From a virus (taxonomy: Duplodnaviria; Caudoviricetes): DNA of 32,720 bases. Numbering within the stretch: the stretch's first letter is position 1; each line of letters begins with the position of its first letter. Under the pieces are notes generated by a model, which did no database searches, had not been told where the DNA came from, and saw only the letters and a program-made list of their open reading frames with translations. Of the stretch, positions 25,631-32,720 are shown piece by piece. The translations under genes were made by a program, and so were the position numbers. The stretch lies in IMG/VR virus record IMGVR_UViG_3300030372_003933, positions 1-32,720 of that record; one strand, written 5' to 3'.

Positions 25631-25655
25631 CTAGGGCCATGATCCGTGGCCCTAG
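25631..25655. other. GC-rich palindrome/hairpin upstream of terL
   Basis: CTAGGGCCA-TGATCCG-TGGCCCTAG; no U-tract directly after it on the + strand. Confidence 0.7.
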
Positions 25656-25768
25656 GTACTTAAAACCAAATCAAAAAACAAAATCCCTTTTTAAATAACC
25701 CCCACCCCCCTAAGCTGCAGCACGCAAAATAATTTACACTACGCCCCCAGTTTGATACATAGAACACT

Positions 25769-27208
25769 ATGATAAACAAAACGGAAGTTCAGCTTCAAGA
25801 AGATTTAATAAAGGAACACTTAAGAAAGTTAAATTTGGCAGAAAAAAGATTTATACCCTTTGTCAAACATGTTTGGCCAGAATTTATTGAGGGAGATCAT
25901 CACAGAAAAATAGCAAAGAAATTTGAAGATATTGCCAATGGAAAAATAAAGAGATTGATCGTTAATATGCCACCCCGACACACTAAATCAGAATTTGCTT
26001 CATACTTGTTTCCTGCTTGGATGGTAGGTAAAAATCCAAAATTAAAAGTCATACAAACTACACACACAGGTGAATTAGCAGTAAGGTTTGGTCGTAAGAT
26101 GAAAAATCTTGTGGACACTAATGAATTTGCACAAGTCTTTGATGAATGTAAAATTGCAGCGGATTCCAAAGCTGCAGGAAGATGGGAAACAAATAAAGGT
26201 GGAGAGTATTATGCGGCAGGGATCGGTGGTGCGATAACCGGGCGTGGTGCAGATTTATTAATTATAGATGATCCACATTCCGAGCAAGATGCTTTAAGTG
26301 ACACGGCTCTTGATTCAGCATACGAGTGGTATACTTCTGGTCCTCGTCAACGTTTGCAACCTGGTGGTTCCATTGTCATCGTTATGACAAGATGGTCAAC
26401 GAAAGATTTAACAGGTCAATTGCTAAAAGCACAATCAGAACCTAAAGCAGATCAATGGGAAGTTGTGGAATTTCCTGCAATACTACCAAGTGATAAACCT
26501 GTGTGGCCAAACTATTGGAAACTAGAAGAATTAGAAAGTGTTAAAGCATCTTTATCTGAAGCCAAGTGGCAGGCTCAATGGCAACAGAATCCAACATCAG
26601 AAGAGGGTAGTATCATTAAACGTGAATGGTGGCAAAAGTGGGAAGAAGAGGATATCCCAGATCTCGTTCATGTTATACAGAGCTATGATACAGCATTTAG
26701 TAGAAAAGAATCAGCTGACTTTTCTGCGATCTCCACGTGGGGTGTCTTCTATCCACGGAACAAGGGCCCACACCTAATTTTAGTAGATGTAGAAAAAGGG
26801 AGGTGGGATTTCCCAGAACTTAAAAAAATTGCATTAGAGCAGTATAAATATTGGGAGCCAGAAACTGTTATTATTGAACAAAAAGCTAGTGGCACCCCCT
26901 TAACTCATGAACTTCGTCAGATAGGAGTCCCAGTCTTAAATTTTACACCAAGTAAAGGAAACGATAAGCATGTTCGTGTCAACTCCGTTGCGCCAATCTT
27001 TGAAGCAGGAAAAGTGTATATACCTGAAAGAAGATGGGCAGAAGAAATGATTGAAGAATGCGCAGCTTTCCCTTATGGTGATCATGATGATTTAGTGGAT
27101 AGCATGACACAAGCTGTCTTGCGATTTCGACAAGGTAACTTTGTTAATTTACCAAGTGACTTTGAAGATGAACCACGTGACATGCACTATATGAGGAATT
27201 ATTATTAA
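25769..27208 (+). CDS. terL: terminase large subunit
   Basis: NMPPRHTKS (Walker A), GRGADLLIIDDP (Walker B), VMTRW, nuclease motifs SYDTA and HDDLVDS. Confidence 0.95.
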   Translation: MINKTEVQLQEDLIKEHLRKLNLAEKRFIPFVKHVWPEFIEGDHHRKIAKKFEDIANGKIKRLIVNMPPRHTKSEFASYLFPAWMVGKNPKLKVIQTTHTGELAVRFGRKMKNLVDTNEFAQVFDECKIAADSKAAGRWETNKGGEYYAAGIGGAITGRGADLLIIDDPHSEQDALSDTALDSAYEWYTSGPRQRLQPGGSIVIVMTRWSTKDLTGQLLKAQSEPKADQWEVVEFPAILPSDKPVWPNYWKLEELESVKASLSEAKWQAQWQQNPTSEEGSIIKREWWQKWEEEDIPDLVHVIQSYDTAFSRKESADFSAISTWGVFYPRNKGPHLILVDVEKGRWDFPELKKIALEQYKYWEPETVIIEQKASGTPLTHELRQIGVPVLNFTPSKGNDKHVRVNSVAPIFEAGKVYIPERRWAEEMIEECAAFPYGDHDDLVDSMTQAVLRFRQGNFVNLPSDFEDEPRDMHYMRNYY

Positions 27209-28404
27209 TGGACGAAAAATTTGACAATCCTTTAAAACAACTTTTATTAGATAAAATGATAGATAAAGGTTATTTTAATCCAAAAGATTTACACCCGTCA
27301 ACAATACAAACGATAAGTGATTTAACAGATTCTGATGTTTTAAAACTTTTGAAAGATTTTGGCGTTGGACCAAAAATAGTAAAAAAAGATGGTGGCATAG
27401 TTCATTTAGAAAAAGGCGGTGATCCTTTGCTTGGTCAAATGATTGAAAAATTAAAAAGTAAACCAAAACTTGCATCTTCAACAGCAGCTTTAACAGATGT
27501 TATAGATTCATTAAACGAACCACCAGGCACAAGAGTTGAAAGAGAAACATCAAAAATATCTAATATACTTAAAGGTTCTAATATTAAACGTGCAATGGGT
27601 CCTGATTTGTTTGAAGTTTTTAAAGACTCTGGCATCAAGACTGCACAAATAAATGCAATAGCAAACGTACCAAACGTAAATGATTATTTAGATGATTTTG
27701 ACGGTTTCAATAAAGCGATGAAAAAATATCGGAACACGGCTCTTAAAAATTTAACTAAACCACAATTAGATTTGATTAAAAGTTCAGGATATTTAGCAGG
27801 TTATGCAGAACAAATGAGAAAAGATATTTTATCAAAAGGTGTAACAAAAAAAGGCAATAAGGTTATTGTAAATCCAAAATATAAAAAAATAATTACAATT
27901 GGTAAAAATGGATTACCTAAAATTTCAAAAGCTTTTGAAAATAAATATTTAGCTAATAATTTTGATTTTATATTTGAAGCAAAAGGCACAGCTACTGGTG
28001 TGGACAAACCTAAAACACAATCAAAAATATATACAAAAATTAAAGAAATAGGAAAAAACACTTTAAACAAAGCACAACAATTTAATTTAGATTTAGTTTT
28101 GTCTCAGGTAGATAAGATGTATAAAAATTCACCAGAGAAAGCTAAAAAAATTTTAAAAGGTATAGCTGATGCTGTGAAGACAGGAAGACTGTTTATGGGC
28201 GGACCTATAACTTTTCTTGGAGAGAGCATAGGAATGGATATGATGGAGAGTCCAGAGTTTCAAAGTTTAATAGCTAATGATCCTTCACTATCTCAATTTT
28301 TTGGTATTCAGGGTGAACCACAAGTTTTTAAAGATGGCGGTAATGTAGAAAAGATGGTAAAAAAAGACAATCCACTATTTGATTTATTAAGGAGTAGAGA
28401 ATAA
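27208..28404 (+). CDS. Lys-rich hypothetical protein, 398 aa, with GG motifs near both ends
   Basis: KKDGGIVHLEKGG near the N-terminus and FKDGGNV near the C-terminus; coupled to terL. Confidence 0.7.
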   Translation: MDEKFDNPLKQLLLDKMIDKGYFNPKDLHPSTIQTISDLTDSDVLKLLKDFGVGPKIVKKDGGIVHLEKGGDPLLGQMIEKLKSKPKLASSTAALTDVIDSLNEPPGTRVERETSKISNILKGSNIKRAMGPDLFEVFKDSGIKTAQINAIANVPNVNDYLDDFDGFNKAMKKYRNTALKNLTKPQLDLIKSSGYLAGYAEQMRKDILSKGVTKKGNKVIVNPKYKKIITIGKNGLPKISKAFENKYLANNFDFIFEAKGTATGVDKPKTQSKIYTKIKEIGKNTLNKAQQFNLDLVLSQVDKMYKNSPEKAKKILKGIADAVKTGRLFMGGPITFLGESIGMDMMESPEFQSLIANDPSLSQFFGIQGEPQVFKDGGNVEKMVKKDNPLFDLLRSRE

Positions 28405-28405
28405 A

Positions 28406-28660
28406 ATGAATAGAAAAGATATAATATCAGCAGTTGAACAACACGGACATGGTGTAAGATTTAAAAATGGAGTTGTTCAAATAAGTTTAGAACCATTAGA
28501 TGTTTACGATATGAGAGACGAAAAAGTAAAATATAGATCCATTACAAATCCAACAGAAAAAAAGATTAAAAGTATTCTAGGGTATAAAGGTGGTGGAGAG
28601 GTAAAAAAGTTTTCATCAGGAGGTGCAGCCGTGAAGGGTTTAGGTAAGGTAATTAAATAG
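28406..28660 (+). CDS. small basic GG-motif protein, 84 aa
   Basis: YKGGGEVKKFSSGGAAVKGLG; AAGGAG upstream. Confidence 0.7.
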   Translation: MNRKDIISAVEQHGHGVRFKNGVVQISLEPLDVYDMRDEKVKYRSITNPTEKKIKSILGYKGGGEVKKFSSGGAAVKGLGKVIK

Positions 28661-28661
28661 T

Positions 28662-31031
28662 ATGGCTGTAGACAAAAAATTAGATCCAGTATCTTCGCCT
28701 ATGGAAACAGCAGAGGTTGTAATAGATTCAGGCCCAGAACAACAAACAGATGTCATTATGACTGATGATGGTGGAGCAATTTTAAATGCACCACAACAAC
28801 CACCTTCCATGGATTTTTATTCCAACTTAGCTGAATTTATTTCAGAGGATGAACTTAAAAGAATATCAAATAAACTTCTAGGAGACTTTGAAGACGATAA
28901 AGCATCTAGAAAAGAATGGGAAGAAGGATATGCAAAAGGTTTAGATCTTTTAGGATTTAAGTATGATGAACGATCAGAGCCTTTTCAAGGGGCAAGTGGA
29001 GTTACTCATCCACTTCTTGCAGAATCAGTCACCCAGTTTCAAGCTCACGCTTATAGAGAGATGTTACCCGCAAAAGGTCCTGTTGATGTAAATATAGTTG
29101 GCGAAGCATCTCCTGACAAAGAACAGCAGGCGGAACGTGTAAAAGATTTTATGAATTATCAAATTACGAATGTGATGCAGGAATATGATCCTGAAATGGA
29201 TCAACTGTTATTTCACTTACCATTAGCAGGGTCAGCTTTTAAAAAAGTTTATTATGATGCAAGTTTAGGTAGAGCTGTTTCAAAGTTTATTCCAAGTGAT
29301 CTTTTAGTTATACCTTACAACGCAACTGATTTGCAGAGTGCTGAAAGAATAGCTCACGTTTTAAAAATGTCAGAAAATGATTTAAGAAAAAAACAGGTTT
29401 CTGGTTTTTATAGGGACATAGATTTAAGTCCAGGTGTTTCAGAAGAGAGCCCTGTTCAAGAAAAAATGAATAGATTAGAAGGAGTACAAAACACCTACGA
29501 TGATTATGAATTTAATTTAATAGAGTTTCACGCTGAATGCGATATTGAGGGTTTTGAAGACATAGATCAGGCAGGTAATCAAACAGGAATTAAATTACCT
29601 TACATAATAACGATTGATGAAAATTCAGGAGAGGTTCTGTCCGTGTACAGAAACTATAAGCCAACGGACCCAAGCAAACAAAAAGTATCATATTTTGTTC
29701 ACTTTAAATTCCTCCCAGGTCTTGGGTTTTATGGCTTTGGTTTAATACACATGTTGGGCGGTTTATCTAGAACTGCTACAGCAGCACTTAGACAGTTGAT
29801 TGATGCAGGTACCTTGTCAAATTTACCAGCAGGGTTCAAGGCACGTGGTCTTAGAATCAGGGATGATGATCAACCATTACAGCCAGGTGAATTTAGAGAC
29901 GTTGATGCACCCGGAGGTGCGATACGAGAGGGATTAATGCCTCTTCCTTACAAGGGACCAGATGCAACATTATTTCAACTATTAGGCTTTGTCGTTCAAA
30001 GTGGTAGAGAATTCGCTTCAATAGCAGATCAAAAAATAGGTGAGGGTTCACAAGCCAATCCTGTTGGAACAACTATGGCATTATTGGAACGTGGTTCACG
30101 GGTCATGTCAAGCATACACAAAAGATTGTATTATGCACAACATATCGAGTTTAAAATATTAGCAAGAGTATTTTCAGAATACTTACCACCTAGTTATCCT
30201 TACTCTGTACGTGGTGGAGACAGACAAGTAAAAGTTTTAGATTTTGATGAACGTGTAGATGTAATACCTGTAAGTGATCCAAATATTTTTTCAATGACGC
30301 AACGTATTTCGTTGGCTCAAACACAATTGCAACTTGCACAATCTAACCCCGAAATTCATAATATTTATGAAGCTTATAGAAGAATGTACATGGCATTAGG
30401 CGTAGATGGAATAGAGAATATTTTACCAACACCTAAAGATCCAGTGCCCACGGACCCTGGTCTTGAAAACTCTCAATCACTAAAAGGAGGAACTCTTCGT
30501 GTGTTTCCAACACAAGATCACATGGCGCACATTAATGCGCATAGAGCATTTATGTCATCGTTTTTAGTAAAAAATAATCCGCAAGTTTTAATAATATTAC
30601 AGTCTCATGTGTCTGAACATATATCGCAAGCAGCAAGAGAAGAAGTGCAAATGAAAAATCAAGAAATGATACAGCAAGAGGCTGCAAAATATGGTGGTCA
30701 ATTACCTCCTGAAATCATGCAACAAATACAAGTTCAAAGTGAAAAAGAAATTGCAACTTTAGTAGCTCAAAAGACAGAAGAGATGGTTGCAGAAGAACAG
30801 GAGTATTTGGAAGCTAATCAAACAGACCCACTATTAGATCTTAAAAAACGAGATTTAGATATTCAAGAGTCTGAAATAAACAGAAGAGCTTTAAATGACC
30901 AGGAAAGATTAGAATTAGAAAAGAAAAAAGTAAATCAAACTGAAGATTTAGCTAAAGATAAGATTGATTCACAAGAAGCAATTGCACAGTTACGAGCTAA
31001 CGTAAATATGGCAAAAAATAGGGGGTCCTAA
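28662..31031 (+). CDS. portal protein (P22-like podovirus type)
   Basis: 789 aa downstream of terL; EPFQGASGVTHPLLAES, GSAFKKVYYD, PGLGFYGFG, PVGTTMALLE motifs; Gln-rich C-terminal coiled coil. Confidence 0.9.
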   Translation: MAVDKKLDPVSSPMETAEVVIDSGPEQQTDVIMTDDGGAILNAPQQPPSMDFYSNLAEFISEDELKRISNKLLGDFEDDKASRKEWEEGYAKGLDLLGFKYDERSEPFQGASGVTHPLLAESVTQFQAHAYREMLPAKGPVDVNIVGEASPDKEQQAERVKDFMNYQITNVMQEYDPEMDQLLFHLPLAGSAFKKVYYDASLGRAVSKFIPSDLLVIPYNATDLQSAERIAHVLKMSENDLRKKQVSGFYRDIDLSPGVSEESPVQEKMNRLEGVQNTYDDYEFNLIEFHAECDIEGFEDIDQAGNQTGIKLPYIITIDENSGEVLSVYRNYKPTDPSKQKVSYFVHFKFLPGLGFYGFGLIHMLGGLSRTATAALRQLIDAGTLSNLPAGFKARGLRIRDDDQPLQPGEFRDVDAPGGAIREGLMPLPYKGPDATLFQLLGFVVQSGREFASIADQKIGEGSQANPVGTTMALLERGSRVMSSIHKRLYYAQHIEFKILARVFSEYLPPSYPYSVRGGDRQVKVLDFDERVDVIPVSDPNIFSMTQRISLAQTQLQLAQSNPEIHNIYEAYRRMYMALGVDGIENILPTPKDPVPTDPGLENSQSLKGGTLRVFPTQDHMAHINAHRAFMSSFLVKNNPQVLIILQSHVSEHISQAAREEVQMKNQEMIQQEAAKYGGQLPPEIMQQIQVQSEKEIATLVAQKTEEMVAEEQEYLEANQTDPLLDLKKRDLDIQESEINRRALNDQERLELEKKKVNQTEDLAKDKIDSQEAIAQLRANVNMAKNRGS

Positions 31032-31034
31032 ACC

Positions 31035-31385
31035 ATGAAACTATCAGCTGCAGAGATAAGAAGATTAAAAAGACAACTTAAAGCTAATAAAAGATCTATT
31101 GATCCTAAAGATATACAAAAATTATTACGTGCCGGAACAAGAGTTCCACAATTTACGTCATTGAAAGGGTTTAAAAGTGGTGGATTAACCGAGGCAACAG
31201 CAAAATTAAAAGCAAAAGGGCTTAAAAAAGGTGGTGCTGCAGAAAAAAAGGTTAGCAAAGTCATGAAAGAATTCAAAAAAAAGAAATTAAACATGGGAAA
31301 ATCGAAAAAAAAGGTAACAAATCGTAAACAAGCCTTAGCAATTGCACTAAATCAGGCAGGAATTACAAAAAAACGTAAAAAGTAA
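31035..31385 (+). CDS. very basic protein with GG motifs and a C-terminal DUF6496-like region
   Basis: KVSKVMKEFK...L..GKS.KKVTNRKQALAIAL..AG matches my recollection of DUF6496; FKSGG and LKKGG precede it. Confidence 0.65.
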   Translation: MKLSAAEIRRLKRQLKANKRSIDPKDIQKLLRAGTRVPQFTSLKGFKSGGLTEATAKLKAKGLKKGGAAEKKVSKVMKEFKKKKLNMGKSKKKVTNRKQALAIALNQAGITKKRKK

Positions 31386-31386
31386 G

Positions 31387-31414
31387 TTGTAAAACTTAAT
31401 TATCAGTCTAATAT
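31387..31414 (+). promoter_or_regulatory. possible promoter for a leaderless transcript
   Basis: TTGTAA-N16-TAATAT; ATG at 31422 has no SD. Confidence 0.35.
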
Positions 31415-31421
31415 TTATATT

Positions 31422-31643
31422 ATGATGACCCCTACTGAAAAAATTAGTCATTATTTTAATGCTTTGATGAATATGGCAGACAAAACTACTGTCACCACTG
31501 AAGATCACGTGCTTTTAGCAGGTGCCATGATGGCTGTAGCTAAAATGTTGTATCATGACAACCTTTCAGAAAAAGAATACGATGAAATTATGGATCATAA
31601 TTCAAGAGACTTGCTAAATCTTATAAAACCTACTATACATTAG
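31422..31643 (+). CDS. hypothetical protein, 73 aa (ends KPTIH)
   Basis: Helical ORF with a PT(I/L)H ending often seen in marine phages. Confidence 0.65.
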   Translation: MMTPTEKISHYFNALMNMADKTTVTTEDHVLLAGAMMAVAKMLYHDNLSEKEYDEIMDHNSRDLLNLIKPTIH

Positions 31644-31645
31644 TT

Positions 31646-32155
31646 ATGAATGAAAAAACGGATCTAAGCAAAATTAAAAGCGATATCTTTCCACGATTAA
31701 ATAAAGAAGAAATTAAACTTCTTAACATGGCGGATCCAGAAGCTGTTTCTAAGGCAATGGAAAAAACTTCATTTGATGATATAGCTGAAATGGTAAGTAG
31801 AGTTTATGCCATGGAATTTGATCAAGAAAACCCTAAAGGACAAATGTCCGATAAAGATAAAGCAATCATGCTTGCTGAAAAACTACGAAGAATTAGAGCT
31901 AAAAATAAAGCTAACCCTATGGGTAAAAAAGATGGCGGAGTTGTAAAAAAATTTAATGAGGGTGGTGATGCAAAGACTGATGGTAAAGTTCCAAACAAAT
32001 TTAAAGGTTTTTCAAAGTTGCCAGAAGAGGTTCAACAAAAAATAGACAAAGATTTAGCTAGCAAATATAAAAAAGGTGGCGAAGTAAAAAAGAAATCTGC
32101 TATAAAGAAAAGAATTGCCATAAGAGGTTTTGGCATAGCAAAGAGAGGATACTAA
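31646..32155 (+). CDS. GG-motif protein, 169 aa
   Basis: KKDGGVVKKFNEGG, YKKGGEV, C-terminal RGFGIAKRG. Confidence 0.7.
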   Translation: MNEKTDLSKIKSDIFPRLNKEEIKLLNMADPEAVSKAMEKTSFDDIAEMVSRVYAMEFDQENPKGQMSDKDKAIMLAEKLRRIRAKNKANPMGKKDGGVVKKFNEGGDAKTDGKVPNKFKGFSKLPEEVQQKIDKDLASKYKKGGEVKKKSAIKKRIAIRGFGIAKRGY

Positions 32156-32340
32156 TGAATTTTAAAAAAACAAAAACACAAGTAGTTAAACAAAAAAACC
32201 CTTTTCCAAATCTACAAGTCTCTTCTGACGCTGCAATTGTTTATTCACCTTATGTTATAAAACAAAACAAGGGAAGTGGACCACAAGGTCAAACAAGTAA
32301 AATGCAGATCAAAAAAGTTGCTTTCAAGGGAGTAAAGTAA
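32155..32340 (+). CDS. small basic protein, 61 aa
   Basis: GAGGA RBS; TAATG coupling. Confidence 0.7.
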   Translation: MNFKKTKTQVVKQKNPFPNLQVSSDAAIVYSPYVIKQNKGSGPQGQTSKMQIKKVAFKGVK

Positions 32341-32368
32341 TAAAACCTATTCAACAAAGGAGGTTTCT

Positions 32369-32488
32369 ATGAAACTTTTACAAGATCTTTGGGCTCACTT
32401 AAAGGAGTGGTCTGATTGGAGTATGAAGGACTGGATTAAAGCTGCGATAGTAGCAATAATCGTAATCATAATTATAGGAGCAATCTAA
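32369..32488 (+). CDS. small single-TM membrane protein, 39 aa; not in ORF track
   Basis: AAAGGAGGT RBS; MKLLQDLWAHLKEWSDWSMKDWIK-AAIVAIIVIIIIGAI. Confidence 0.75.
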   Translation: MKLLQDLWAHLKEWSDWSMKDWIKAAIVAIIVIIIIGAI

Positions 32489-32494
32489 AAGAAC

Positions 32495-32720
32495 ATGTGG
32501 CAACTATTAGCAAAACCACTTCTTGGCGTCGTCGCTGATGGCGTCAAGGGTTTTGTAGATACTAAAAAAGCAAAACAAGAATTAAAACTTACAACTATCA
32601 AAGCAACGCAGAAGCTTAAAGAAGACCAGATTGCTGGTAAAGTTGCATGGGAGCAAAGTGCCGTTGACCAAATGAAGGGAAGCTGGAAAGATGAGGTAGC
32701 TCTCATTGTTTTATTACTTC
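32495..32720 (+). CDS. putative holin (3TM/GTA-holin-like), truncated by the window end; not in ORF track
   Basis: AGGAG upstream; amphipathic N-terminus, coiled coil, SWKDE motif followed by a hydrophobic segment. Confidence 0.6.
   Translation, partial: MWQLLAKPLLGVVADGVKGFVDTKKAKQELKLTTIKATQKLKEDQIAGKVAWEQSAVDQMKGSWKDEVALIVLLL

Noticed and set aside
15720-27208. Inteins, introns or frameshifts in polA or terL
   Set aside because: Both ORFs are continuous, of normal length, with motifs at the expected spacing.
28758-28780. MTDDGGA near the portal N-terminus as another GG tag
   Set aside because: The context is acidic, unlike the mostly basic or aromatic tags; probably an ordinary beta-turn.
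25900-32706. Shadow ORFs over terL, the 398-aa gene, 31035..31385 and the holin (e.g. 25900-26169, 27801-28070, 31028-31294, 32485-32706)
   Set aside because: They are antisense or off-frame to better-supported genes with RBS and motifs.

Overview
AT-rich dsDNA tailed-phage sequence, no host DNA. Gene content and order suggest a marine podovirus-like phage resembling HTVC023P-type SAR11 pelagiphages and uvMED genomes. That assignment is inferred from remembered gene families, not from a search. Left to right: (1) end of a structural block with putative internal virion/ejection proteins (1-9381); (2) a minus-strand SNF2 helicase divergent from a replication operon with a putative SSB, AEP primase-polymerase, UvrD-like helicase and family A DNA polymerase with Leu at the 762-equivalent position (9362-17612); (3) an RHH-type regulator and small Cys/Zn genes, then a structured non-coding segment and GTTACA iterons that may be the origin (17.8-19.6 kb); (4) TerS; (5) about 5.5 kb of very AT-rich, divergently transcribed small genes with sigma70 promoters, a shared ATGGGAT operator-like box and a near-invariant AGAAAGGATAAA ribosome-binding site; (6) TerL, portal, small proteins carrying a repeated x-x-Gly-Gly motif, and the start of a holin. 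No major capsid protein, integrase, tRNA or CRISPR array is visible. Strongest leads: a GG-motif tag shared by five virion-region proteins, a genome-wide 7-bp-period CNNG heptad motif, and the identical-RBS gene array whose hairpin leader carries the complementary sequence.
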